Notes: generated by a model not told the origin, from the sequence alone. 61,750 nt of DNA, filler included, from 5 parts of 5 records of this genome joined end to end with filler, not necessarily neighbours in it; one strand, 5' to 3'. Shown: positions 37,629 to 48,269, counted from the whole stretch's first letter. Translations and numbers: made by a program.

Positions 37629-39997
37629 TACTTGTTATAGCCGTATCCGTATCCATAGCCATAACCATAACCCGGACCATAACCATATTTATTCGTCTTC
37701 ACACTAATATCATTAATTACAATAGCAAATTGTGCTTCTCTCCTTTTTGTTAAATGTTTTATTAAATGAGAGAAATGTCTCACTCTTGTTTTATTGTTCC
37801 TTACAACAAGTAAATTTAAGGTTGCATACTCCATTAACAAATACGAGTCCGACACCCTTCCTAAGGGAGCTGTATCTATGATTACCACATCAAAATTACT
37901 CTTGACAAATGCAAATAACTCTTCTGTCTTTGATTTGAGTGATATCAATTCAGCCGGATTGATTGGCACTGGCCCGGAAGGCATAAACCACAAGTTATTT
38001 TGTTCTGTTGAAATAGCCAATTCCTCTACCATGCACTTATTGGTATAAAAATGAGTAATTCCATTTTCCTCCACTTTATTTTTTATCAGATGAGATGATA
38101 ACTTCGGCTTTCGAAGGTCAAATCCAAGAATGACCGTTTTTAAATTATTCTGGGCAAAACTTGCCGCCAGATTCATCGAAACAAAGCTCTTTCCTTCCTC
38201 GACATTGTTCGACGAGACTAATATGACATCCACCGAATCTTTATTCAAATTCAACAAATTGTAATTTGTACGCAATGTTCTAAATGACTCTGTTACCAAG
38301 GATTGAGGTTGTTTCGGCACAATAAATCCCTGTTCGTATTTATTATGCAAAACATGCCCGATTATAGGAATATCCGTTATCGATTCAATATCTTTGTTTT
38401 CATAAACCTTATCGTTAAAATACATCAGTATTACTATAACTCCAATTGCCATTGCAAAACCAATCAATACATTATTATAGTACAATTTAGATTTTACAGG
38501 GCCGATAAACTTAACATTATTAACTCTGGCCATATCAAGCACTTCACTTGTCGGAATATTAGAAGCCTTCATAATTTCCATTTCAGCCCTTCGCGTAAGC
38601 AAAAATGTATACAAATTTTCGTTAATAGTGTACTTTCTCTGCAGAGCTAAGAACTGTTGTTTATCCTCAGGCAAATAAGTTAATTCACTTTTTACCTCAT
38701 CTATTTTCACTTGAATTTCATTGCGCTCATGAGCCAAATTCTCTTTTGTAGCCTTAATTACTTCATGAATCATAGATTGGATATTCTCTGCCTGCAATTG
38801 ATTAGAAGCAAGCATAGGAGTAGCCTGATACGTTCTGCTTTTTATTTCGGTGTACTGAAATATTACATCATTCAATTTATCAAGTAGTTCAACCAAATAT
38901 GGATTTTCAACCTTTAATAATGATGGAATAATCATTCTATCTAAAGTATCTGTACGCTGAATATACTCATCTAAATAGTCGTAATATTTATTTTGTATAC
39001 TTATTTCCGAAAGTCTTTCTTCCAGGTCCCTTAATTTTGTGTAGATATACTCAGACTTAAGGTTCATATCAAAGCCTCCTTTAGATACGATAAAACTCTG
39101 CATTGATCTTTCTGATTGATATAATGAATCATGCACATCCATAATTTGACTATCAATAAAATGGATGGTATTGATGGCTATTGTATTATTTCGTTCAATT
39201 CCTTTCTTTAAATACTCATATGATAAAGCGTTTAAAAAATCCACCATTAGTTTGACATTTCCTGTTTGAGCGTAAATAGAAAGGATAGAAGAACGATCTT
39301 CCTGCACTACCCTGAAATTCTTAAAACTATTTACAATTTGATTTAGAGAATTAAACCTAAAAAGGAAACGCTTTTCAGGAGTTATCTTATCAAGTTCTGT
39401 TCGATGAATATAAAAGCTACAGAATTCATTCTCAATCACCTGTCCTGGTTGAACAATCGTATCCATAAAAAATTGAGCGTCATAATTTATCGTCTCATGT
39501 TTAAGATAATTATAACCTGTGCAACCCTCATTGACAGAAGTTACCTGAATGCTTGAATCATTTAAAAATTTGAGTTCAAACAAGTGGTTAATAGGCTGAA
39601 TATGTTCTGAATTGTAGTAAACTTTAAAAACACGATTGGGATATAATCGAGTGTTATAATTTTTATGTGGTATATAATAGGAAACTTCCTGCTGCATATT
39701 AGATACTACACGCTTTACAAACTGATAAGACTTTAAAATCCCAATTTCATCAATTAAGTCGATTGCACTTTTACCAATACCTCCTAAGCCAATAACAGCT
39801 TGAGGAGATATTGATTTATTATCTTTTACCAACAACTGTGAGCTTACTTCAAACCTTGCTGGAGTATTACTAACCTTATAGTATGCTGTAGCAAACCCTA
39901 TAACTATTCCCACAACAAGAACTGGCCAATATTTTAAACCTTTAAATATAAGCCCGATATAATATTCCGGATTATTACCTTGAGTTTTTATCACCAA
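37628..39997 (-). CDS. wzc: polysaccharide co-polymerase / tyrosine autokinase
   Basis: Two TMs, coiled coil, ESFRTLRTN, EEGKS, DLRKP, IIDTAP, C-terminal YGYG tyrosine cluster. Confidence 0.88.
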   Translation of the reverse strand: MVIKTQGNNPEYYIGLIFKGLKYWPVLVVGIVIGFATAYYKVSNTPARFEVSSQLLVKDNKSISPQAVIGLGGIGKSAIDLIDEIGILKSYQFVKRVVSNMQQEVSYYIPHKNYNTRLYPNRVFKVYYNSEHIQPINHLFELKFLNDSSIQVTSVNEGCTGYNYLKHETINYDAQFFMDTIVQPGQVIENEFCSFYIHRTELDKITPEKRFLFRFNSLNQIVNSFKNFRVVQEDRSSILSIYAQTGNVKLMVDFLNALSYEYLKKGIERNNTIAINTIHFIDSQIMDVHDSLYQSERSMQSFIVSKGGFDMNLKSEYIYTKLRDLEERLSEISIQNKYYDYLDEYIQRTDTLDRMIIPSLLKVENPYLVELLDKLNDVIFQYTEIKSRTYQATPMLASNQLQAENIQSMIHEVIKATKENLAHERNEIQVKIDEVKSELTYLPEDKQQFLALQRKYTINENLYTFLLTRRAEMEIMKASNIPTSEVLDMARVNNVKFIGPVKSKLYYNNVLIGFAMAIGVIVILMYFNDKVYENKDIESITDIPIIGHVLHNKYEQGFIVPKQPQSLVTESFRTLRTNYNLLNLNKDSVDVILVSSNNVEEGKSFVSMNLAASFAQNNLKTVILGFDLRKPKLSSHLIKNKVEENGITHFYTNKCMVEELAISTEQNNLWFMPSGPVPINPAELISLKSKTEELFAFVKSNFDVVIIDTAPLGRVSDSYLLMEYATLNLLVVRNNKTRVRHFSHLIKHLTKRREAQFAIVINDISVKTNKYGYGPGYGYGYGYGYGYNK

Positions 39998-40005
39998 TTA
40001 AAAAA

Positions 40006-40785
40006 TTATCTGGTAGAAAATGCAATAATAGAAAGAACAAATGATATGGTACCAAACACAAAACCATAAGGCATTTTTGTAAATACAAACTGCTTGCTAC
40101 CTCTCGGCGTAAAATACAATACATCATCAGGTAATAGATAAAGATATTCTGATTGTAATATACCGTTATCCGTCAAATCAAAATAATAAACTTTACTCCC
40201 ATTCTCACTTTTACGAATGAGCATTACTTGCTCAGCCTCACTATATTCGGTTAATCCTCCTGCCATTCCTAAGGCCTGCAATACGGTAAGTTGATCTCTA
40301 TTCACAGTATAATTTCCTGGTGATTTTACTTCTCCCAAAATAGAGATAGTAAAATTAACCAGCTTTACATACACATTAACATCTTTAAAATATTGATTTA
40401 GTGTAGATTTAATTGCCTCCTGCGCTTCTTCCACAGTTAAGCCCTTCACTTTAGTTTTACCTGTAAACGAATAGCTTACATATCCATCATTATCTACTTT
40501 GTATGAATTCAGATATATATAGGATGAGTTCATTAATTCTGGAAAATCAGATTGAAAATACCGACTTGTTTGTGCATCTGAACTATACACTTTAATATAT
40601 AAATGGTCACCTGAATTTATTTTATAAGCTGCAGTTCTATCATTAACTATTTCAGATGAATAATCAGAAATTGATTTTTTCTGCATCAGCTCAACCTTTT
40701 TAAGATTTACACACGATGATCCTATGACTAATAAAATAATCCCAATAAAATACTTGTTTTTAAATAAGGGTAGTAATCTTTTCAT
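40006..40785 (-). CDS. wza: polysaccharide export lipoprotein
   Basis: Lipobox GSSC, YKINSGDHLYI, LGEVKSPG, LQALGMAGGL. Confidence 0.88.
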   Translation of the reverse strand: MKRLLPLFKNKYFIGIILLVIGSSCVNLKKVELMQKKSISDYSSEIVNDRTAAYKINSGDHLYIKVYSSDAQTSRYFQSDFPELMNSSYIYLNSYKVDNDGYVSYSFTGKTKVKGLTVEEAQEAIKSTLNQYFKDVNVYVKLVNFTISILGEVKSPGNYTVNRDQLTVLQALGMAGGLTEYSEAEQVMLIRKSENGSKVYYFDLTDNGILQSEYLYLLPDDVLYFTPRGSKQFVFTKMPYGFVFGTISFVLSIIAFSTR

Positions 40786-40787
40786 GA

Positions 40788-42425
40788 CTATTTAGTTTTA
40801 TTGTCCTTATACATTTTAATTGCGTCTATCATATTTATCTTCTTATTGCTGTAATAAGCCACTAAGAATGAAACGGCGGAGCCAACTTGTTTCCATTTCA
40901 GAACTGCTTCCGGATACGAAGCTCCTACTTCTAATTGATATTTATACCAATCCTCTTCCTCTATTTCTCTTAAAAAACCGCCTATTTTTTTCTCTAACTC
41001 AATTTTCTGCTCTAAAGGCATGGGGCTTCGACTAGCAGAAACCTGCACGTAAAACCTCAAGTTTGAAGATTGCTTTGTAAATTTTTTCCAATTAATGGTT
41101 TTCCATAATATTTGCTTTTCCATATTCTTATATGCCACTACGAAAGCTCCTTTTACTCTAAGTTCATTTTTAACCTTTAAAGCTCTCTGATATTCTTCAA
41201 ATTGCACAATCTGATATTTATACCAGTCTTCTTCCTCAATAACTCTAATATTTTCTGTATCTGCATAAAGACTTTTAAGGAGTTTATCTGAAATAGGATC
41301 TCTACTTGCGGCTATTTGAACAACATAGTATAAACCTAAATTCTCTGTAGTTGCATTATCCTCTTTAAGCTTTCCTGCTTGTAAAATAATTTCTTCTTCA
41401 TCAGAACTTCCTATAGTTGGAATATCAGGCTCTAATTGTTCTTGATCTGAAACATTGCTAGCATTCACTTTAGACTCGCTAATTACAATATTATCTGCCT
41501 TTACAATAAGGTCATCATCTTCTTGTTGAACAGGAGTGTTCCACTGTTGTCGATAAATTCGCCAATACTTTTTTAATGATTCTTTATCGAAACGTCTTAC
41601 TAGTTGATGTGGAAATAAGGAGTCGCTTGTTGCAATCTGATAAAGAGAATCAAAAACAATACTATCTTTTTCAATACTAGCAGAATATGCAGTGGTTGGT
41701 AAAATATCTTTTTTAACTATTCCAAGAGTATCTTTACCCCCCCCCTCTTTGGACTCTAAAGAATCTGCAAAAAATATAAAATCCTGATATACATTGGTAA
41801 ATGGGCTATACCCTTTAGTCACTTTTTCTATTTTTTTTCCTTGAATTGTATCCGAATCTTCAACATTAAAAAGCATATTATATACCTTATTGTCTATATT
41901 ATACAACTCACAAATCTCATTAACATCGACAGGTGTTTTTAATAAATCGTCTCTCTTTTCCTGATTCATATATACATCATCCAACAAAAAAATTCCCTTC
42001 TGAAGCACCTTGTCCTTTAAATGAATAACATCTAATGCTTTGGAAAATAATGTAGAATCTTTTAAATCATCAATAGTTTTCTGATATTCAACAAATAAAG
42101 AGTTAAGATTTCCTTGTAAAATATCCACCCTTTGCTGTACCTCCTCGTCATTAAATACATATTCTTCTACAGCAGTCAACTTTTGAGATATAAGTTCTCT
42201 TTTCTGACTAAGTAGGTCAACAATATTAGTAATGGTGGAATCATTTGAATTTAGATTATTGGTAATTGAAAAAGATAAATCATTCACTTCTTCATTAAGT
42301 TGATCTATTTGCGTAGTAAATGCTGTATCTTTCCGCAACTTTACTTCCTGACAATTTATACGATAAGTCAAAAAAATAATAAAAAATAGAATGATAAACC
42401 TTAGCTGTATCTTACCCATAATCAT
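40788..42425 (-). CDS. exported protein with coiled coil and two C-terminal SPOR-like repeats
   Basis: Signal peptide near MIMGKIQ; repeats YVVQIAASRDP..EEEDWYKYQ..AFVVAY and FYVQVSASRSP..EEEDWYKYQ..SFLVAY. Start uncertain. Confidence 0.7.
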   Translation of the reverse strand: MIMGKIQLRFIILFFIIFLTYRINCQEVKLRKDTAFTTQIDQLNEEVNDLSFSITNNLNSNDSTITNIVDLLSQKRELISQKLTAVEEYVFNDEEVQQRVDILQGNLNSLFVEYQKTIDDLKDSTLFSKALDVIHLKDKVLQKGIFLLDDVYMNQEKRDDLLKTPVDVNEICELYNIDNKVYNMLFNVEDSDTIQGKKIEKVTKGYSPFTNVYQDFIFFADSLESKEGGGKDTLGIVKKDILPTTAYSASIEKDSIVFDSLYQIATSDSLFPHQLVRRFDKESLKKYWRIYRQQWNTPVQQEDDDLIVKADNIVISESKVNASNVSDQEQLEPDIPTIGSSDEEEIILQAGKLKEDNATTENLGLYYVVQIAASRDPISDKLLKSLYADTENIRVIEEEDWYKYQIVQFEEYQRALKVKNELRVKGAFVVAYKNMEKQILWKTINWKKFTKQSSNLRFYVQVSASRSPMPLEQKIELEKKIGGFLREIEEEDWYKYQLEVGASYPEAVLKWKQVGSAVSFLVAYYSNKKINMIDAIKMYKDNKTK

Positions 42426-42835
42426 GTAATAATAATTTTTACAGCAACAATGCTTTTTCAAGATAATCAAATAGTTCGAAAAAAGTAAGTGTATCATACA
42501 AATTATTAATCGCAACACCATACCAAAATAAACTGATTTACAGCACATAGCGCACAAACTCTACTATTTGAATATTTTTTTGATTTATAAAACCTTTTGA
42601 ACTAAACTTCGAATCCCAACCTCCAGCACCTACAAATAGCTCTATTTCTGATTATTACAACATTTTTAATCAACAACTACCAAATAGGAATATATTGTTT
42701 AGTTTGTATTTTTTGCTTTACAAAAAATCGTATTTAATAGTCTCATTTTCAAAAAAAATCGCTTACTTTAATAGCACAGTTAACATGAATTATCCCAAAA
42801 TTCAATTTTATCTAACTTTAAAAAATTCCTTAATT

Positions 42836-44242
42836 ATGGCTGTAAAAAGAGTTTACACATTCGGAAACGGACAAGCAGAAGGAAAGGCAGATATGCGAAA
42901 CCTACTTGGAGGTAAGGGTGCAAATCTGGCTGAAATGAATCTGATTGGTGTACCAGTACCTCCGGGGTTCACGATTACAACAGATGTTTGTACAGAATAC
43001 AATGAGTTGGGAAAGGGTGCAGTAGTTGATTTGTTAAAAAGTGATGTAGAAGCGGCAATTAAAAATATTGAAGCTTTAACAGAGACATCTTTTGGAGATA
43101 AAACAAACCCTCTATTAGTTTCTGTTCGTTCCGGGGCGAGAGCTTCGATGCCGGGTATGATGGATACAGTTCTTAATTTAGGATTAAATGATGATTCGGT
43201 AATTGGTATTGCTAAAAAATCAGGAAATGAGAGATTTGCCTGGGATTCATACCGCAGATTTGTGCAAATGTATGGAGATGTTGTACTTGGTATGAAGCCT
43301 GAATCGAAGGAAGAAATCGATCCCTTCGAACGAATCATGGAAGAAGTAAAGGAACAAAAAGGAGTTGATTTAGATACTGAACTTGAAGTTAATGACTTAA
43401 AAGAATTAGTAAAACTTTTTAAAGCGGCGGTAAAAGAACAAACCGGACATGATTTTCCTGAAAGTGCCTGGGAACAATTGTGGGGTTCTGTTATGGCTGT
43501 TTTTGATAGCTGGAACAACGACAGAGCAATTCTTTATCGCAGGATGGAAGGTATTCCTGATGAATGGGGAACCGCAGTAAATGTGCAGGCTATGGTATTT
43601 GGTAACATGGGAGACAACTCAGCTACAGGAGTAGCCTTTACCAGAGATGCCGGAACCGGAGAAAATGTATTTAATGGTGAATACTTGATCAATGCGCAAG
43701 GAGAAGATGTTGTGGCTGGAATTAGAACACCTCAACAAATTACAAAAGAAGGTTCATTACGATGGGCTAAACTTCAGGCTGTAACAGAAGAAGACAGAGC
43801 TGAATTCTATCCTTCACTGGAAGAATCAATGCCTGAGGTTTATAATCAACTGAATACAGTTCAGCAAAACCTAGAAGCACATTATAAAGATATGCAAGAT
43901 CTGGAGTTTACCGTACAGGATGGTAAGCTATGGCTGCTTCAAACACGTAACGGTAAGCGAACAGGTGCTGCCATGGTAAAAATTGCCATGGATTTATATC
44001 GGGAAAAAGTTATTGATGACAAAACTGCTTTAATGCGGATCGATGCCAATAAACTGGACGAGTTACTCCACCCTGTTTTTGATATGACAGCCATTGGTAA
44101 TGCTACTGTTTTAGCTAAAGGTCTTCCAGCTTCACCAGGTGCAGCTTCCGGACAAATTGCTTTTTTTGCTGATGAAGCCAATAAATTCCCTCAGACTATT
44201 TTAGTTCGAATAGAAACTTCTCCTGAAGATTTAGAAGGAATG
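42836..44242 (+). CDS. ppdK: pyruvate phosphate dikinase, 3' partial
   Basis: LLGGKGANLAEM, SVRSGARASMPGMMDT, NAQGEDVVAG, LQTRNGKRT, ETSPEDL. Confidence 0.96.
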
Positions 44243-44342
44243 NNNNNNNNNNNNNNNNNNNNNNNNNNNNNNNNNNNNNNNNNNNNTTAATTAATTAANN
44301 NNNNNNNNNNNNNNNNNNNNNNNNNNNNNNNNNNNNNNNNNN
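44243..44342. other. artificial contig spacer
   Basis: N-run + TTAATTAATTAA + N-run. Confidence 0.98.
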
Positions 44343-44343
44343 T

Positions 44344-44429
44344 GCCCAGGTGGTGGAATTGGTAGACACGCAAGGTTGAGGGCCTTGTGGCCGTTATAGG
44401 CCGTGAAAGTTCGAGTCTTTTCCTGGGCA
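44344..44429 (+). tRNA. tRNA-Leu(GAG)
   Basis: Acceptor GCCCAGG/CCTGGGC, D-loop GGAATTGGTAGAC, anticodon arm CAAGG-TTGAGGG-CCTTG, long variable arm, GTTCGAGT T-loop; CCA not encoded. Confidence 0.95.
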
Positions 44430-44440
44430 CTGAATAACAG

Positions 44441-44474
44441 AAGGTTACAACAGAAATGTTTGTAGCCTTTTTTT
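44441..44474 (+). terminator. terminator after tRNA
   Basis: AAGGTTACAA...TTGTAGCCTT plus T-run. Confidence 0.65.
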
Positions 44475-44557
44475 ATGCTCTATGAGAGGAAAAGTCGAGA
44501 AGTCTATGCCGCAATAGAATTTCTTACGAAGAATGAGTTAGAAATTCATTCGCGGTA

Positions 44558-44574
44558 AGTCTTTTCCTGGGCAC
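44558..44574 (+). repeat. 17-bp copy of the tRNA-Leu 3' end (att-like)
   Basis: AGTCTTTTCCTGGGCAC is identical to 44414-44430. Confidence 0.85.
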
Positions 44575-44577
44575 AAC

Positions 44578-44619
44578 AAACAAAAGCCTATCAATCAAAC
44601 ACTTGATAGGCTTTTGTTT
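44578..44619. terminator. long hairpin / bidirectional terminator
   Basis: AAACAAAAGCCTATCAA-N8-TTGATAGGCTTTTGTTT. Confidence 0.75.
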
Positions 44620-44730
44620 ATAACGAGGACAAATATACAAAATTTATTATTTCTAGCAATTTTTAGTAAAAAATTTCTCCCAATATTCTCCCCTGAATTT
44701 TTATCTGCTACTGGATCAACTGTTTTTCAC

Positions 44731-45996
44731 TTAATTAATAACATTAAACGCACTGGCTTTTAATTCTTGTTCCGTTCTTGAGATTTCATATTTCTCTGCT
44801 ACTTTTCGCCACATTATTACTGCATTTTTAACTTGCTCAATAATTTCTTTGGCTTTTGATTCAGTTAAACGAAAATATGGATATACCTCCATTGCCAAAT
44901 CAATATCCAATGCATTATCATCTTCCGAAATATTAAGTTTTAATCCGGTTCCAATTTCTATGGGATTAATATCAAAAGCCGGAGATAATTTCCAACCTTC
45001 ATTAGTTAACAAAAAACCATGATTTCTAAGATGATCGTCCGTATTAGAAACACAGATGCTAAAAACGATTCTTCGCCATAATTCATGCAAGTCCTCTTCA
45101 ACATTGGCACCATAAGTGGTTATAAAATCTACTAACTCCAAATAGCTGGCTCCCTCGGTTGCACCAATACCATCTGTATATCCAAGTTGTGTCATAGCTG
45201 ATGCAAAATGTATACGTTCGTCATTACTTGTACGATCAAATCTTTTGGTTAAAAACGTGTGATGGCTACTTGAATATTTTTTTGCCATACACTGAGCCAT
45301 ATCAATCCCGGCAGCAACCGCCAACTCATAAGTAACCATTTCCCAAGCTCCAATATCAGCTTCATCATTTTTACTTGGAAACTTGGCAATCCATAAGTGA
45401 TTACCCGGATCAAGAACACTCGCTTTTGGTCTTGCTCCACCCAAAGAGGATCCGGGATTAATCAACATATTTAACCAATTTATATATTCTGGATTATCAA
45501 CTACATCTTCATCCTCAAGCTTCAAACTAATTTGTTCAAGTTCACGAATTGAAGTCCATGGAGGTGCTGCATTTCGTTTATCATCATTTAGAAACGGCCC
45601 ATCTTCGTTTGTTTTATATCTGAGTCCTCCCATCCGATGCTCATCAAATACCCCAAGCAGATAATCAGTTTCAAATAACTTTTTTGGTCTGCGTTCCTGT
45701 AATCGTGCTTCAGCAGCTTCCTTCCGCTGCATTAGCACTCTTCCCCATCGATCTGGTGAAGAATCCAAAAACATTCCAAAATTGATTTTATCAGCATCAT
45801 TCAAATATTGTAGACCTGAATAAAGCTGAAGATCAGGATCAAGTGATTGTGCAAATCCAGAAGAGAGCCATGCATCAGTGTATTCGAATGAAAAAATCTC
45901 TTTCCCCCGAAGCAAATCAGACGTCAATACGCCCATAAGCTTAGGCTCATTAATATTTAGCCAATCAGCATAAACATAAATGTCTCTTTTTGCCAT
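44731..45996 (-). CDS. hipA: type II toxin, HipA-family Ser/Thr kinase
   Basis: DSSPDRWG, SSLGGARPKA, WIAKFP, KRFDR, NTDDHLRNHG, LSPAFDINP. Confidence 0.93.
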   Translation of the reverse strand: MAKRDIYVYADWLNINEPKLMGVLTSDLLRGKEIFSFEYTDAWLSSGFAQSLDPDLQLYSGLQYLNDADKINFGMFLDSSPDRWGRVLMQRKEAAEARLQERRPKKLFETDYLLGVFDEHRMGGLRYKTNEDGPFLNDDKRNAAPPWTSIRELEQISLKLEDEDVVDNPEYINWLNMLINPGSSLGGARPKASVLDPGNHLWIAKFPSKNDEADIGAWEMVTYELAVAAGIDMAQCMAKKYSSSHHTFLTKRFDRTSNDERIHFASAMTQLGYTDGIGATEGASYLELVDFITTYGANVEEDLHELWRRIVFSICVSNTDDHLRNHGFLLTNEGWKLSPAFDINPIEIGTGLKLNISEDDNALDIDLAMEVYPYFRLTESKAKEIIEQVKNAVIMWRKVAEKYEISRTEQELKASAFNVIN

Positions 45997-45998
45997 AC

Positions 45999-46313
45999 TT
46001 ACTTTCTTTTTGGTGCTCTTTCTTTTGTTTTTAATTGCGCGTCCTGCAATTTTCTACCAAGCTCATCATCTTTTGCCAATAGCAAAAAATCATTTTCGAG
46101 TCCCATTACTTTTAACACATTAAGGTAATGACCAATACCAACAGTGGGCTGACCTTTTTCGATCGCCAAAAGGGTGGGTCGGCTAATCCCTGCTCTTTCA
46201 GCTACAATTTCACTACTAAACTTGCGACGCAGCCTTGCAAGCTTGATTTGCTCTCCTACAGTTTCCATAATTCTACTCGTTCTGGGTAAAAGATTAATTG
46301 ATTTCCTCACCAT
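45999..46313 (-). CDS. hipB: XRE-family HTH antitoxin (HipB-like)
   Basis: GEQIKLARLRR..VAERAGISRPTL..IEKG; 2 bp upstream of hipA. Confidence 0.85.
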   Translation of the reverse strand: MVRKSINLLPRTSRIMETVGEQIKLARLRRKFSSEIVAERAGISRPTLLAIEKGQPTVGIGHYLNVLKVMGLENDFLLLAKDDELGRKLQDAQLKTKERAPKRK

Positions 46314-46316
46314 AAC

Positions 46317-46364
46317 GTAAATTTTATATTACAAATATATAACTTTTTGTAAAATATATTTTAC
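46317..46364. promoter_or_regulatory. paired GTAA-N8-TTAC operators upstream of hipBA
   Basis: GTAAATTTTATATTAC (46317-46332) and the perfect palindrome GTAAAATATATTTTAC (46349-46364). Confidence 0.6.
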
Positions 46365-46655
46365 TTTATATTCAAATATTAATAATAAAATTAGAAATGC
46401 CGTATAATTTTACCGATTGAACCAGCTCGTTTTCAATCACTATTCCGGCGCGGCAAAATGGTTTAATCCTTTCAGGATTATTCGTACATAAGTCATCAGA
46501 TGAATTCCACTAAACTTGAATGCAATATGTGTTGTACTATCCTGCTTTTTTTATGATTCCTCAGATGACTTTTCAATTGGAAAACTCTTCTAATTTCAAG
46601 TTGATCTAATAAAACTAAATAATATGCTTTTCATATATTTGAAAAAAAGAATCTT

Positions 46656-47004
46656 ATGCAAACTATTCAGTTAAAAGTTAATGATAAGGTTTACGAAAAA
46701 TTCATTTGGTTGCTGAGTAAAATTAGTAAAGAAGAGGTTGAAATAATTAGCGATAATGTTGATTATTTAGCTAATAAAGAATATTTGCAGAAAGAACTGG
46801 ATGAACCGAGCCATAACCAAATTTGCGCCACATCCATTTGCGATTTTATGTAATCTGCAAAAAAAGATTGTGCGATTACACATACAACATGGCGAGTTCT
46901 ATATGACCATTGAAATCAAATTATTTACATATAAACTTAATGAAGGAAATGCTACTTTTCTTTCTCAGAATGAATTTGAAAACAGATTAGATAAAACAGT
47001 TTAA
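46656..47004 (+). pseudogene. small antitoxin-like gene split by a ~130-bp insertion
   Basis: MQTIQLKV...YLQKELDE | insert 46806-46935 | LNEGNATFLSQNEFENRLDKTV*. The halves rejoin into one coherent 72-aa protein. Confidence 0.6.
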
Positions 47005-47029
47005 AATCCGAAAAGTATTATTCTTAACT

Positions 47030-48235
47030 TTACCAATATTTTTTTAGAAAAGTCCTCAAATGAATATGTTGAATACCCTCAACATTATCTCCATTAAAAA
47101 AGTCATCTAATGAAACAACCATTTTAGGATAATTGTCTTTAATGTCCTTTAAATTCCCAAATTCACGATTAATTGTGCTGGTATCAGTTAATCGAAAAGT
47201 GACTTGAACATACATTTTTTCATTATTTCTTAGACCTATGAAATCAACTTCTTTATTATTATCAGTCCCAACAAATACTTTGAATCCACAGGCTTTTAAA
47301 TGCAAAAAAACTACATTTTCCATAATCTTATGAATCTGTTCAGGGCTATACGATGCAATAGCATTTCTGATACCTACATCTTCAAAGTAATACTTCTCTC
47401 CTATCTCAAATATTTTCTTTCCTTTAATTGAAGATCGTTTTACTTTATTAATAAAAAACACAGAAGATAGCTGGTTTAGATAATCCAATACTACCTGGGT
47501 TGAAATATTTACCTTTTGGGATTTCAAATAACTACTTATTTTTCTGGCAGACACAATGCTTCCAACATTATCGGCAAGAAATGCGACAAGGTTTTCTAAA
47601 AACTGAACATTTCGAATATTGTATCTGGCTATAAGATCTTTATATAAAATGGAAGCATAAATATTTGACAGATAATCGAAAATAACCAAATCATTAAGCT
47701 CCAAATGAATTAAATAAGGCAATCCTCCAAATTTTAAGTAATCTTGAAGCGTTTCATTAGAATCTGGCAAGCTATGAAACTGCAAAAATTCATTGTATGT
47801 CAATCCATAGATATTTATTTCTATATATCGACCACTTAAATACGTTGCCAACTCCCCAGAAAGCATCTCTGCATTACTGCCTGTAATATATATATCATAA
47901 AACTCACTTGCCTGAAAGTTTCTAATAGATTTTTCAAACTCTTTAATTTCCTGAACTTCGTCAATGAACACGTAGTTCATTTGTCCTTTTACAGATTTGT
48001 CTTCAATATATTCAGTAAGCCGATTATATGAATCGATGTCACTATATTCCTTTAATTCCCTATTTATGTATATAATATTTGCCTGTTGGTTGGTTTCTTT
48101 TATGTGGTCAATTAATTGATACAACAAATAACTCTTACCAACACGCCTTTGTCCTGTTAAAACCTTAATAATGTTTTTATTGATGAACGGTGAAATCTTA
48201 TCAAAGTATAACTTACGCTTTATATAGCTCCTCAT
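47030..48235 (-). CDS. AAA_14/DUF4143-type ATP-binding protein
   Basis: GQRRVGKS, FIDEVQE, ITGSNA, YLKFGGLP, KYYFED.G.RN, EVDF, YVQV. Confidence 0.9.
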   Translation of the reverse strand: MRSYIKRKLYFDKISPFINKNIIKVLTGQRRVGKSYLLYQLIDHIKETNQQANIIYINRELKEYSDIDSYNRLTEYIEDKSVKGQMNYVFIDEVQEIKEFEKSIRNFQASEFYDIYITGSNAEMLSGELATYLSGRYIEINIYGLTYNEFLQFHSLPDSNETLQDYLKFGGLPYLIHLELNDLVIFDYLSNIYASILYKDLIARYNIRNVQFLENLVAFLADNVGSIVSARKISSYLKSQKVNISTQVVLDYLNQLSSVFFINKVKRSSIKGKKIFEIGEKYYFEDVGIRNAIASYSPEQIHKIMENVVFLHLKACGFKVFVGTDNNKEVDFIGLRNNEKMYVQVTFRLTDTSTINREFGNLKDIKDNYPKMVVSLDDFFNGDNVEGIQHIHLRTFLKKYW

Positions 48236-48241
48236 AATTCA

Positions 48242-48269
48242 ATATTTGTCATTTATAATTGACAAATAT
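48242..48269. promoter_or_regulatory. inverted repeat directly upstream of the ATPase gene
   Basis: ATATTTGTCA-N8-TGACAAATAT. Confidence 0.55.

Noticed and set aside
37628-37690. Tandem CCATA/CCGTA repeats
   Set aside because: They encode the normal YG tyrosine cluster of Wzc.
42608-42630. TTCGAATCCC..., resembling a tRNA T-arm or att remnant
   Set aside because: No cloverleaf and no matching tRNA or second copy in the window.
10881-44342. Repeated TTAATTAATTAA motif within N-runs, and apparent gene neighbourhoods across them
   Set aside because: Artificial concatenation linkers; genes on different sides come from different contigs and probably different organisms, so no cross-spacer system can be inferred.
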